The notes beneath the pieces were generated by a model, which was not told where the DNA came from, made no database searches, and saw only the letters and a program-made list of their open reading frames with translations. Shown here one piece after another: positions 24,039 to 36,484 of a stretch of DNA of 45,961 nt; the first letter of the stretch is position 1, and each line of letters opens with the position of its first letter. Position numbers and translations under genes: made by a program. The stretch comes from Perkinsus chesapeaki ATCC PRA-425 (lineage: Eukaryota > Protista > Perkinsozoa): contig JAAPAO010000260.1 in NCBI GenBank assembly GCA_013115145.1, forward strand, positions 1-45,961, in the 5' to 3' direction.

Positions 24039-24742
24039 ATGATTGATTGCTGCTTAGTGGCATTATCAGTGTTATAGACTCTTCTAAATGTTTCCTTTGA
24101 GTCCCTGTAGAGTTGGCTGCTGCTGCTGCCATTGGGGGGCTGAGGCCGCTGCACGGTGGTAGAATTTGCGTCATTGATCCTGAAGTCGACAATCCCATCG
24201 TTCCCCGTGTTCATTGGAATCGGTTCCAGCAACGCATTTTACGTGCAAAAGTAGTTCTGGAATCGACTCCGAATCGGTTTATTGATCGACGATGGGTAGC
24301 TGTAGGCATTTTATTGCTGTAGCAACCCTTGGAGTGAGGGAATCCTGACACTCACCCGGGGACTCCCCGTGAAAATGCGGTGCTTGATTCGGTCGTTGCC
24401 GACGGTGCGAGAAAGCCTACCGTCGAATCCAGCGGGGAGGACACAACGGAAGTTTCCCTGAGTCAAGGGCCTTGACACGTCTCTCAAAGGGGGCATCGCC
24501 AAATGTCACGTGCGAAGGTGAAGTGCTGAGTGTAAAATCTGATTGAAAAAACGTATTTCTATGAATTAGCTAGAGTCAAAGCCGGTTGCGCCTTCACAGC
24601 AAGTGATCGAGGTGGGGGGGGGGGAATTCTTGAATACTACACGGCAAATGCGACCGCTTACATTGTGTAATACAAGGAGCCATAAAAGAGCCGCATGAAC
24701 TGTAGAAGCAGCAGCGAACTTGACATAACTTCTGAGTGACAT
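24014..24742 (-). CDS. Hypothetical multi-exon protein with N-terminal hydrophobic segment
   Basis: [27 protein letters not shown] followed by a GTAAGC donor; a later exon reads [30 protein letters not shown]. The 3' end is unresolved. Confidence 0.35.
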
Positions 24743-24940
24743 AATCTTATTAATCGACAACACTTTCTGAGGTTGGAGGAATCTCAGCCTCAAAGCATCA
24801 GATACTTGAAGGACGTTCGGGGTTTTCTAAAGAGCGATACACTCCTCTGTATCTCTCTACAAGATCGGTATGCAGTTTGCTGGTTGAGACGGAGAAGGAC
24901 ATGCCCTTACAGAAGAAGCTTATTATAATTCCTGCTGCCC

Positions 24941-25337
24941 ATGCCACCTATATGTAACCAGCTGAACTGCAAGAAGCAACGATCTTCCCTGCTCATACGT
25001 AACCCACCTAAGTGCCTTATTGGCATTCGCCGGCTCGAGAGTCTTTCCTGTATTGTATTGCTGCACTCTACAGCGGCTTGATGCTTTGTACCAAGTACTG
25101 CCGAAAACCTAGCTTCTACACAAGAGCCTTCGTCCAAGGCAACTTATACGCTTATACTCCTACAAGGCTACTTATTTCCACAGTATCTAACTGACCAACA
25201 AGCTAGAAGAATTAACTGTGGAAGATGCCAGAGAGAACACTCTTAATATGAGGCTTTACGGCAGCCATACGCCTGTACCGCGCGCGGTGGTCGGATGGCG
25301 GGCCGTACTTGAACAGCTAGATCCACGAGAGTGTTGA
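24941..25337 (+). CDS. Small (~89 aa) single-TM hypothetical protein, three exons, one predicted GC-AG intron
   Basis: Splices in phase to MPPILPYWHSPARESFLYCIAALYSGLMLCTKYCRKPSFYTRAFVQ-EELTVEDARENTLNMRLYGSHTPVPRAVVGWRAVLEQLDPREC*. Introns are ~24954-25012 (GT-AG) and 25139-25206 (GC-AG). Confidence 0.5.
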
Positions 25338-25570
25338 ACGGTAGTTTCCTTATTATTGACATTGCTGTGTTTTTGGAATAGGCGCAGGTCTTAACTATAT
25401 CTATTATATATATCCTATTTATAAGTTGATAATGTCCGAAGATTCCCGACGCATTTTAGAGTACCAACCCAACACGTTCCTGCCGCAGCTCTCTCTGCAG
25501 AGGCGCTGTGCCGACGGCCAAGTCTATCTAGACGAGCCCGCCAGACCAACAGTGAGCATTCCCCTCACTA

Positions 25571-28069
25571 TCAAGCACATTGAGGCTCTTCAGGGGCTGC
25601 CGAGGCCGAATTCCGTCCCGCCACAAGGATCTCTACCGAGTCTGTCGTTGCCTGTTTTAGGCGGTACCGCTGAGCTTGAGCGTGCGCCTTCAACACCGTG
25701 CTCTGTGGTAGGTCCCTTGTAGTTGTTGCCGGTAGGATATTCATCTTTGTCAGAAGGCGATGGACCACTCAGAAGCGTTGAAGACTCCACTCTCGGCAAG
25801 TAGGCAAGGCGTGAGGATCTCTATAAGGCAGCTTGCTCACTTTGTCGTCCATTAGAATAGCTGTTATAATTAGCGTGATAAGCGTCCCCTATCTATATCG
25901 CAGGAGCGGCACTCGGCAACAACTATCATCGCTGTATATGAGCCATATGATACGACCTAAGGGCCACAGGCTATAGCTTCGGATCTTCTGCATGAATCTT
26001 TTGGCAGCTCAGTATGGAAAATATATTCCACAATTGGGAAGTCAGAGCTAGACTTTGACAAGAGCTTAAAGTTAGTTAGGGAAAGTTCTCTAACTTTTTA
26101 GGAAATCTGCTTACAGTTTACCCCCAAAAAATTGTGACCGTCCTCCATACACAAGAAGCTCGTGTAGGTACCACAGCATCATCGCTATCAGGCATTAGGC
26201 CCCCATGTACCACACCGGAGGCCAAGAGGAGGCGTATCGTTATGCACGGTCGAAGGATGATGACTATCGAAGAGGCCGTTTAATACACTGTGTGTGTCTT
26301 GAAGTGTTTCACCATCACAGAGCGTCGGGTTGGATGGGAGAGATGTATTTTTCGCAAAGTCCATGAAGAGTGTTTCTGCGAGCGAATCGAGTATCATAGA
26401 GCCAGGGAGCTCCGGCAGACCGAGTTCGGCCAGGAGGTCGCCGAGCCCATGCCCACAAGTGTGCAAACTACCACAGCTGGGGTCTGCGCCACAGCGGAAG
26501 GTAGGCACCGAGAAGAGGGTTGAGGAAGCTGGCATGTAGTCAACTGAGAGGCGACTACCCTGTCGAAGAAGCAATGTGTCCGAGTCTGGCCTGCCCTGTG
26601 TGGTCGTCCAGGTGGGGCTGTGCGTGCTGGCTGTACCGGTATGAGGTGCAGTGTAGGCCCCATCGTCACCGGGGCCGAGCTTGAGGCTGTCAGCTCTACC
26701 GCCACTGACACCACCGAGGTCGAGGGGGATGAGGAGGAAAAGGCGTCGAGAGGATAGTGAAGGCAGCAGCCGAGTGAGGGAGGCATCCAGGGCAAGTGAG
26801 TTGGGGTATTCATCGAAGGGAGGTACCCGACGACTGTTTGTGCTGTTTGTAAAGGCAGCGTGGGGAGAGGTGGCACTGATGAGGGAAACAACTTCCAGTA
26901 GGGATGGTTGGAAGACAGCTCTTCTTGGTGGCTACGACGTGGTATGCTAGAAGTTGGTCAAATACAGTATTACATGTTCAGTGGAAACGTGGTGCAAACT
27001 CATTACTAGAGTCCAGCGTGTCGGAAAATAGAATCTGCGTAGGGGTTATGCTGACACTGTACAGTATAAAAAGAATCTGCGTAGGGGTTATGCTGACACT
27101 GTAGAGTATAAAAAGAATCTGCGTAGCGGTTAGGCTGACACTGTACAGTATAAAAAGAATCTGCGTAGGGGTTAGGCTGACACTGTACAGTATAAAAAGA
27201 ATCTGCGTAGCGGTTAGGCTGACACTGTAGAGTATAAAAAGAATCTGCATAGGGGTTAGGCTGACACTGTACAGTATAAGAAGAATCTGCGTAGCGGTTA
27301 GGCTGACACTGTACAGTATAAGAGCACTGTGTGTATTCCTATTCATGGATTAATTTATAGACCTGTCCGGTCGAGGAGTCTTTCAAGAGTGCCTGAAGCA
27401 CGCGGGAGCTCAAGATACGTGGGTGCTGTGCTGTTTCTGTACATCTACATAGCTCTAAATTCCTATCTTACATTGTCTTCTGCTCGGCCTCCTTTACACG
27501 CAGTGCATTCAGACACATTCGATCTGAGATGTTAATCGATAGCAATAGGATTGGAATTTATCCTACTGTCGCATATCTATTAGTGGCGTGCCTTCAGGTA
27601 CAGTATTACCACCATCACCGAGAGTATTGAAAAAGGAGGAAGATGAAACAGATACCAAGACCCCAGAATCATCGATGCCCCCGAGGGTGCCGAAGCGACG
27701 GATGGTTAAGTCGGAGACAGGATCGGAGGCTGCCAGCGAGTACAGTGTCAGCGGCGAGGGGGGCAAGAGAGGCTTGCTTGGGTGAGAATGATCGGCCATG
27801 ATGTGGGAAGCGTTGTGCAGGTACATATCTTCTGTATTTCGATCAACTCGTAACAGTATGTAATTAAGCAGGGCATGTCATCTACGGTTTCACTTCCAGT
27901 GGAGAACTGATCACTTTGCGTTGGGGGTGGGGTTGGGAACTATAGCAAACGAACAAGGTGGGATGAAGTCGAATGATATGCATTGATGGCATGCACCTAG
28001 CAGTAGCGGTAGCCTATTCCTCCTCCTAGTCGCTCGACCACTACTACTGCCTAGGCGATAGTAAGACAT
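25571..28069 (-). CDS. Hypothetical Ser/Pro-rich multi-exon protein
   Basis: Natural-looking exons MADHSHPSKPLLPPSPLTLYSLAASDPVSDLTIRRFG, HPYWKLFPSSVPPLPTL, GLGDLLAELGLPELPGSMILDSLAETLFMDFAK and STVLKAHAQAQRYRLKQ. No family recognised; ends approximate. Confidence 0.45.
27031..27324. repeat. 42-bp minisatellite, 7 copies
   Basis: Unit GAATCTGCGTAG(G/C)GGTTA(T/G)GCTGACACTGTA(C/G)AGTATAAAAA at 27031, 27073, 27115, 27157, 27199, 27241 and 27283. Confidence 0.97.
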
Positions 28070-28335
28070 GTTCGAAGCGCTCCTGTCATCGAATGGTATA
28101 TACAGTAGTAGAAGTAAAACAGTAGTAAACTTATATAGTACATGTATACTTGGAGTAAATACCAATACCTATTAAAGCATACTCAGTAGTTACTCCACTT
28201 CGTATCGGTATGCTCAATGAGACTTATAGAGTAGATAGAAGATGAATCTAGGGTTAATATTTACTATTATTGGATAACGTTAATGTTACAAGTGCAAGCT
28301 TGTTACACTTCCCTATCATCAGCTTGTCTAGTTTA

Positions 28336-30528
28336 ATGGCGCGTGAAGCTGCCCGTCTCAATGTCGGGGCCTGTGTGCAGTGCACGGCAGTGAGGCCGCC
28401 GCAGCAGCCCAGGCATCACGGCCTTTTAAGAGGAACTGCTGATCAAGGCAGCTTGCTTATCGCTACGGGAAGCATGTCAATGGATAGGTGGGCTGCATGA
28501 CCGCTGCGCCACGAAGTTATATTTCTCAGCGCCAATTTTGTTGAGGTTATGGAATACGATGCGTCGACGGAGGAGCTCGTGATGTTGGAGGAGATAGAGC
28601 ATCTATTCCCGGTAGGCACCGAAGGCGTGGTTGGCAGTGAGCTGTTGCTGGTAGGTTGAGAGGATAGTTTGGGCGCCAGAAGGCAGTGGCAGCAGGAGAG
28701 ACAACAACAGCTTCATCACGTGGTAAGATACTCATCAAGGATTCGGGTGCGCACTGCGAAGAATCCTGGCGAGTCAGCAGGATTGAATTCATTTCAGCTC
28801 CGATTATATCCGTCTGTGGCGCAAGGAGGCGGATGATGCACGGTTCAAGCTCGTTGGTATCTTCCGCCCGGCCCCTGGGTGTTCTGGCAGCGGAGCGTAA
28901 GCCCCCTGCTGTTTGCCCTTAACAGCATCGGAACTTCTTTCCTTCAGGCCGTGCTGCCCTTACTCTGGCGTTGTTTGGTGTGGTGATAGGGTGGCGGCCT
29001 GTACCCGCTCGGGCTTGCTGATAGTATGGAGCGCGTCAACCTTAGATATCCTACGGTGCTCGGATTTCGGCAGCGACACGCTGAACGCTATGGTGAGGCG
29101 GAAGGCGTATCTTTGTGCACTGTGAAGATTTTTCGGTTGCTCAGTCCCTATGTGATGTATCATTTGTGGGACCGGATGTATTGGCTGTATGCAATACTCG
29201 TGGGGAGGTTATCCTCGTGGACCTGGCCGAGGAGGACTCGGCCGACGCTGATGTTGTGGTGAGTAGTTCTGTATAGATTCGGTTTATTAGGATCTTTGTG
29301 AAGGATTTCAATGCTAAGTTTGTGGTAGCAACTATCAGAGGGCGGAATGACCCAGGCTAGTTGCCTGGGGCTTCCTAGTTGCTTTACCGCGGCCAATTTC
29401 TCAACCAGCGCACAATCTGCCTGTATCGGTGCAAAATTTCTTTATGCAGCTCCTCATCTTCCTATCAGTTCTGTAGTGTAGCTCGATTCTGTAGGTCCAA
29501 CGGCCACCGGAGGAGTTTCCTGAGCAGGCCACCAGGTAAGGCTGTCATCTACGAGTACCTCTACCGCTCTTCAGCTTCATGTCAACAACTGAGAACGGTC
29601 GGCTCGGGTTGATGATGCAGGAAACAGGAGAAGTGGTGTGTTACCGATTTGATATGAAAGGCGAGCAGGGCAGGCTCCGCTTCCTCACGACAGGTAGGCA
29701 TGGCCCCCCTGCTTGTTGATGCTGATGGCGGCGTTTAGTGCACACTGAGTCCTCGATAGCAGCGGCGAGCTTCCTGTGCTCGGATGGGCCTATGGGGTAG
29801 GTGTAGTGGTGAAGTTGGCTGCTTATCGATCTTAATAGGTCTATACTGTGCACGGCTAACGATAACGGCAGACTGTCTCTGTGGAAGTGGCCTGATGAAA
29901 GTAAGGAGCGGTATGACTTTCAGGACATGTTGTTGCCCAGGCCGTGGACATTCCCAAGGTGCTGCCAGAATTCGTCCTCTGTACCAGTGGTCGTTGAGCC
30001 TTTCAAATGAAGAAGGACTTGTATCATCGGTGCAATTGTGCAACGGAGCGTCCCCAGCTGGTGACAGCAAGCAGGTGAGGGCTCCCCTTCCTCGCAGTGT
30101 GCCTGTATCCGTAATCTACTTTGTGTTGGAGGTGAACTCCATTAATAGAAAAAACGGATGTATTCATGTCTTTTGTAGCTCGGAGTAATACTTCGCTCGT
30201 AAGAGTTCAATTTCTCAAGAACAGCGCAGTTCGCAACACTGCACGTTCTCGTAGAGCTCAACGCACCTGTTTCATTTGCACACCGGTATGATATTACTGG
30301 TTCCTTTAGGCCTTGGTGTTGAGTACGACTGGTGGTAGAGTTATCATAACCTTCCTTCCTGAAGAAGCGCCTTCAAATTGGGAGGATCAAGAAGTTCGCC
30401 AGAGCGGCAAGGCTCCACGTCTGAGTGCTGCCTCTGCTGCCAGCGGCCGGACGCGTAAGGCCGCCCTAAGGTTTACTAATAACTATGAACAATTGTTCGG
30501 CTGCCTCTGTTCTTTGGGGCTTGCTTAG
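28336..30528 (+). CDS. WD40/beta-propeller-like protein, N-terminus resembles DCAF7/AN11, multi-exon
   Basis: GSLLIATGSMSMDS|ANFVEVMEYDASTEELVMLEEIEHLFP, then beta-strand-like exons RVAACTRSGLLIVWSAST, DVLAVCNTRGEVILVDL and GRLSLWKW. The 3' end is approximate. Confidence 0.55.
28506..28518 (-). other. Intronic AA(C)TTCGTGGCGC motif copy (reverse, one mismatch)
   Basis: GCGCCACGAAGTT in the 42-nt intron 28488-28529. Confidence 0.55.
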
Positions 30529-31200
30529 TTGCGGCTGTGCAACTACCTTGTATGCTTCAGTAGTTCAACGTCTTAGCAGAATCATGCAGCATGATTCATG
30601 CTGAGAAAAAAACACCCTGCTGTCGAGAACAACGCTTCGAATCAACGCTAAAATGGGCGGTGGTTGAGAATCAATTTCTTGCGGAAACGACAAGATTTCT
30701 CCTTTTTAGGGCTCTCGGCGGCCTCTAGGCTCTCGGAAAGCGGACGGGTAGGTTTATTGTGACTTAGCCGATCGGGCGAGTTCCTGCTACTTAGGATCGT
30801 CCTTGGGTGCTCGGTAACTCGACCATAAGATCCTCGCCAATGTCTGCAGTGGAGTGAGACCTAAGCAATGAAAGAAGCAGCACGTTTCCAAACCACGATG
30901 ATCGCTTTGGTTCTTTCAATTCGGCACCCCTCCCTTTACACGGCAGTTTTGAGTGTACTAAGCACTGTTCCATCGCGGAGCTATCGATTGACGTGGGAGC
31001 CGTCTCACCACATGGCTACGTTGCTGAAATGTCCTTTTTCAGTCGAACTGTATCTTTTGTAGGCCTCTTTGTCTCACCTTATGCTTTTGCAATGAGACTA
31101 CGATCAGCAGCACCTGAGGTCATTCTACACTACCGATAGTGTTATTACTTTATTCAGGCAATAATAATAACAACACCTCCTCGACCAGAGGAATACCCCA

Positions 31201-31747
31201 CATGGACGGCCATCGCTCTCACGTGGTTAGCTTTCTTCACAGTGGCCTTCGGATTAGCGTAGGTTACAAACAAACTAGACTCGGAATCTCTTTTCGACCC
31301 ACAAAAAAACGAAACCGTTATTTCCGGGTCGGGCCATGTGGGTCGGCTTTAACGCAACCTGTCGAGTACTCAACCATCGATTGAATTCTTCACGGAGCCG
31401 ACTTCGTGGGATATTCAGACTCCTTCCGTAATGCTCCTTTCGATATAGGGTATGCTAGGAGGCAGCAGCCCCTGGTGGTAGATACCTCCTGATGTGGTAC
31501 CGGCAACGTAAACACGAAAAGTCGGTCGAGCGTCATCAAAAGATATTGGAGAAACAGCGACTGAAGCGCGCTTCGCTGGACGCTTGTAGGTGACCGATGT
31601 CGATGTGGTCCTACTGTTTTGTGGTTCAGTGATGAAAGCTGCGGAAGCTGGTGAAGTGCCACAGCGCAAGAAAGAGAGAAAGTCGAAGATAGGAGGGACG
31701 CGGAGGGAAAGGGACGATGACCATAGTCCTGAGAAGGCATCCAGGAG
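31201..31747 (+). CDS. Hypothetical basic/coiled-coil multi-exon protein (may extend to ~32520)
   Basis: Exons SFRNAPFDIG|YLLMWYRQRKHEKSVERHQKILEKQRLKRASLDA and VMKAAEAGEVPQRKKERKSK...SPEKASRR with GT-AG boundaries. Confidence 0.4.
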
Positions 31748-32669
31748 GGTAAGTGCCAGATATGGAGGACCATCACAATAGCCTTTTAACTTACGAGAAT
31801 ACTGCGACGCATATAATCTTCAATATATAAGAAGTGGAATTCACGCTTACGATGCTTAACGTTATCATAATGAACATGTGAAGGTGAAATAATTGAAAAT
31901 TGCGTATGTCGGAAAATATAACGAGAAAAGTGGTTGCTAGTAATGTATTGGCAACACATTATTACACTGGCTACGTAACACAGTCTTGCGCAGTGCATAA
32001 CGTATATGTATCCTTATAGTCATGTAATCTCGCTGGATGATCTTATAGATATATATATTATAAGTTGTTAAGACGATGTTATGTAAACTACTCACACGTT
32101 TACATGCATACTGGGTAAATGTATTTATATTTGCAAATATACAGTATTGTAATGTATTTTATTCGTCACTTGTTTTTATGCGCCCATCTTGATATTAGAC
32201 AAAGCGTTTAATCTGTAACTAGCATCATGGCGTCACTTGCTAGCGACTCGTGCGTACAGATTCTAGCTCATCATCACCAAGGACCTGACAAGGAGCATCA
32301 CAAGCACAATCGACGGAAGGTGAAAGAACGCAGTAGGCCGACTCACCTTTCACCATCCCTCTCACCATCTGCGGCTCGCACTAGCGCTGAGGAGCGAAGT
32401 AAGTCGGCACCCGCTGGCCGTGGCGTTCCTATTTGCTCTCGTGGGCTCAGGTCGATCTCCTACCTCTGGTGGCAAAACGCGGAAGAGCAAGCTGCTCGGC
32501 CATCATTAATTAGGCGGAGCGAAGCATTTAATAATTACGTGTCGGCCCTTTGTTGTTATTACGGAGTCTTGCGTTATAAGAAAGGTGCCAATATTAATAA
32601 CAGATTGCTTTGGGGCGTGATATGATATTTTTGAATGTCAAGTGGACAGGTGGTGCTGCTGTCAGTTTT

Positions 32670-33440
32670 ATGTCTGATATTGAATCCCCCTGCTCTCCTC
32701 CCTCTCCAACAGCTACCACTACTGACTCCACGACTGAGATGCCCTCCACCTCTGATAGTGTCCAGAGCGCCTCAATGGGTTGGGGCCAACAGCTCAAGCG
32801 ATGGTTCAATCTTAATTTTATCCTGCCCGCTAGAAGCCTTCAAAAAATAGATTTGGCGTCGGCTGTTTTACTAGGTATGTCAAATGCATGCTTCGAGCTT
32901 AGATCCTCTCCTCAGGCCTGTGGTTTGGTATCTTCCCTATACCTGGAACAAGTACGGCTCTGCTCGGTGCATTCTTGGTTATATTCCGCCGAAGTCGCTG
33001 GACCAAGTGGTGTAGGCTCCTACCTCCTGTCCCCTTTTGTGTCGCCATCACTTCTCTCTTAGGTCCGAATGCTCCTCAGTCTACTATAGCCTTTGGGGTT
33101 AATCTTCTCTGCACCCCCCTATGCATCGCCCTTATACCAGCCTGGCTGAGGATAGGTGAGTATCTGAAACGGCTCGCCAAAGGTAACCTCCTTCCCAGGT
33201 GGTTTGGTGTCACCGCCAAGGTTCGTCGGTTGCCATCCAGATTCTATCGTGTCTGCCATTAAAGCCAGTGACGGTCTCCTAGCTGTCCTTCGTGCCCTTC
33301 AGACCTTCGCCTCGTGCATAGGTCTTTGTATAATCGTATACCTAGCTTTCACTCCAGTAGTTGCCCTTATGTGGTGGTTCATGTTGAGGCCTCAAGGCAG
33401 CGCCAGGCTGCCGGTTCTGGGACCGCAATCTCGAGAATGA
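32670..33440 (+). CDS. DUF2062-like multi-pass membrane protein, multi-exon
   Basis: IDLASAVLLG, AFGVNLLCTPLCIALIPAWLRIGE and a C-terminal TM IGLCIIVYLAFTPVVALMWWFML resemble the DUF2062 pattern as I recall it. Confidence 0.55.
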
Positions 33441-33561
33441 GTCGAGCCTTGCAGAGTTCGGGTGCGACTCATTTAAGATATTTTTTGAAAACATCTTGTT
33501 CGACTTTCAATTCGGTCGGGTCCAGGTGAGCGTGCTTCTTTCTTTTGTTTTCAATCCCACA

Positions 33562-35892
33562 ATGCCGGGCCGAAAGCTCATCGTCAAAGGGCGAGCGCCG
33601 AGTCCTGCTGTAATTCAGAGGCGACAGGAGGCTGCGGCGGCAAGGGCAGAGTTCGAGGCCTTGAAGAACGAGAAGACCCTGGTGAAGATTCGATGGGAGC
33701 ATAAGCCAGGGAAGATGCTCTGGGGTAGGCCTCCTGTGTGCCTCCGCGCTCGGCAGCTGTCGTCAGTCTCCTCCAATTGCTTCAAGGACCATGTCTTGTC
33801 CACTCCAGAGCGACCGGCCTTCTATCTGGGCCCCATGCCGGGCTTCTTCAACGGTGACATCATGCAAGTGGTAAGGATTTGCCCCTATGACATTCTTTTC
33901 TGCATCCTGCGGAGGTGTGCTCGGAGCTGCGGAAATACAGTTAGAAATTCGCTCGAAAATAAGTTCAAAAAATAAGGTGTCGTATTCCCTCGGGGAGCCA
34001 CTGATGCCCCTATATGGCAGGTACAGTCGGTATCGGTCCATCCAGGTCTGCATCCAACATTGAGGCCCAACAAGCTCCTTCCACCACCAAAAGTTAAAGT
34101 GCTTCCGTGCATCGATGATGGACAGCAGAAGGTGCAGTATCCACTACTGCCTGCAACCGAGGTCGAACATGATAATAATGATGTAGCGTTGAGAAATCGT
34201 AAGGAGGATCAAGTGAGGCAAGATTCTCCTAGTGACGAGGCCCTGGCTTACGCCTTCCGTCAAAAGTTGCGTGGTATCACCGCTGACGGCCTTGAGGTGC
34301 TTGCCGGGCGAATGCAAGATCGGTCGGACCTTCCACCGGTGCTGTGGAGGGTGCTGGCCCGGTACGTGGGGCGGAGGTGCCCTGAGCTCCCTTTGCCGAC
34401 CTTGGACTACCTTCTTGCCACTGACATGTCCCTCTACTGTGAAGACTGGCATTTGATAAGGTCCGGTCTGGAGGTCCACCTCAGGGAGTTTGCTCGGTGT
34501 CCGGAGAGTGAGTTCGGTCTGGCGGGCCATCTGCTGCTGTTGAAGATGTTGCACAGGGTACCCAGGAAAGTTGCAGCAGGTTTGGCGCTGCCTTTGGGTA
34601 ATTTCCTGGCGCGCGCCGTTCCTCTCATGGACAGTCGAACGCTCGGAGAAGCGTGTAGATTACTGCTGCCTCTGAGTCGGTATGGAGTTGCTGAAGGTTG
34701 GTGGAATGCAGCCGCTGTTAAGATGGCGTCTTTGGGCCCGACCGAGGCAACAGTGACCAAGATTCAGGGCCTACTGGAGACCGGTGAACTCAGCAAGAGC
34801 AGTCGGAAGTTCCTTGGGGAAATGTTACGGGACTCTGTGTCCCTCGAGTCACGAGAAGACCCCCTCCTCAGCGCCCTCGCCGAGCCTCCTGCCCTCGCCC
34901 CACCAGCTCCCAGTGATCCAATAGAGCCAGCAGACTCTGGCGCGGAGCCCGTGTCTGATGACCTGCTGGTGAGGAGCCCGAGGGCAGCCCGCCAAGCTGA
35001 ATTACTATGTTCCACTTTGCCCAAGTATCCCGTGTATCCGCTATCATCCACCCCAATCCTCTGGCACCTTTCCCCGGCCCACTGCAGCCGTGCTGTGTTC
35101 GACCTGACCGCTCATAAGGTAGCTTACCGCCTTACCCTCCCCTCCAGTGGATCTTGTGTCAGTTGGCGTTGGTCATACGCTCAGCCGCTGCCGACAGCTG
35201 TGGACTGGCATTCCGCCAAAGACATCGAGGCCTGCCAGGAAGGCTCACTGATCGTGCTAAGGCAGAGGACTTTGCCGGACTTCTGGCCACCGCCGCTTGC
35301 TCCCGAGTATTTTGGCAGGCGCCATTGGGGCCTATCGTTGGTGGTCAGGTTGATCGATTCTCCCACCGCGATCTCTGTATAGTAATTCAAGCCCTGGGAT
35401 CCTTCTACCGTACACGACTCCTCTCGGAGGCAGAGGTCAGATCGGTCTTAGAACCAGCGTTGTCGAGGCTTATGACCAACGATGCCGTAAAGCGTACTCT
35501 ACCGGTGGACCTGGCTAGGGTGGTGTCTGGCGTCAAGTAGGAGAGGCCTTCGTGGCGGTCTTCCAGTGATATTGTTCAGGTATCTTCCAGACTCACCATG
35601 GCGGAGTGGTATCATTGCAGGCCTCGAGCGACATACCGTGTACCTCTTTAGCTTGCCTTACACAGTCCCCCTAAGAGAGGCCATCCCTTCCAGTGCACTA
35701 GTGTCCTACTGCGTGTCCTGGAGCAGTATGAGGGGAGATGGCAGAGCTTTAAGGCTTCTGGCCAACCATCTACCGAAGAGGAAAGCAGACCTCGGTGCCG
35801 GAGAGTGGACTCGGTGCGTGCAGGCTCTTGCCAAGGGTCGACGACTCCGGATGAGGCGAAGGCTTGAGAGACGCCTTACTAGAGTGCAGTGA
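33562..35892 (+). CDS. Large alpha-helical repeat protein (HPR/OPR/RAP-family-like), multi-exon
   Basis: A ~350-codon exon from ~34060 plus later exons with Leu/Ala-rich helix pairs (MDSRTLGEACRLLLPL, FSHRDLCIVIQALGSF, PSSALVSYCVSWSSM). A basic N-terminus (MPGRKLIVKGRAPSP). No clear RAP domain seen. Confidence 0.6.
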
Positions 35893-36174
35893 TCATGTTT
35901 CTGCTTAAACGTCGTTTCCTATATCCTTCGGCTCTTGAGCCTCCCTGGATGCCGGCTCTGATAGTTACATCTGATGTTGGCCCGTGTTAATGTCGGCAAC
36001 CTACGGCTTAGTGCTTGGCGAGCTCCATCGAGGTTGATGGCCACTGTAGGATTCTCATCAGTTCCAGAGACTCCCAGCGAGAGGCGAAGGCGCAGAAGGC
36101 TCAGGACCACCGAGGACATGGAACTGTGAGAACAACCGCAAGGCAAACTTTGATGGAAGTAGCTGATGGTTAGG

Positions 36175-36473
36175 ATGGACACTAAGGAGAAGCTGAAGTG
36201 GGCCGCCACTGTGGTGGTGGCAACCTTCCTTCCACTCTACGTTATGTACCGTTCTGCTGCTACCACGTCGGCCAAGCACGTAAGGTGACGACTTGCTGGT
36301 GAAGTGATGTCGACTTTCAGACGGAACAGCTTGCCATGCAAGAGGCGGCTGAGCGACGGGAATGGCTGCGCTTGGCATCGGTTCACGAGAAGGCGGAACA
36401 GAAGTACTCAGCAGATCCGGAGGAGAGAGCTAAGGGAGAGGCTGTGTTGGCAAAACATGGACAGACCCTATAG
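36175..36473 (+). CDS. Small single-TM hypothetical protein (two exons)
   Basis: MDTKEKLKWAATVVVATFLPLYVMYRSAATTSAK|..DFQTEQLAMQEAAERREWLRLASVHEKAEQKYSADPEERAKGEAVLAKHGQTL*. Confidence 0.5.
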
Positions 36474-36484
36474 TTTCTGTAAAC

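Noticed and set aside
27031-27324. Possible CRISPR array (also 12291-12448 and 36485-36644)
   Set aside because: The units are head-to-tail with no unique spacers, there are no cas genes, and the context is eukaryotic.
26978-27346. 122-aa hydrophobic repeat ORF (TATQILFILYSVSL)n
   Set aside because: It stays open only because the 42-bp unit lacks a stop in that frame; there is no other coding evidence.
902-30603. Shorter 1-nt-spacer palindromes (902-916, ~3104-3118, 4854-4870, 30587-30603)
   Set aside because: Arms of 7-8 bp are expected a few times by chance in 46 kb.
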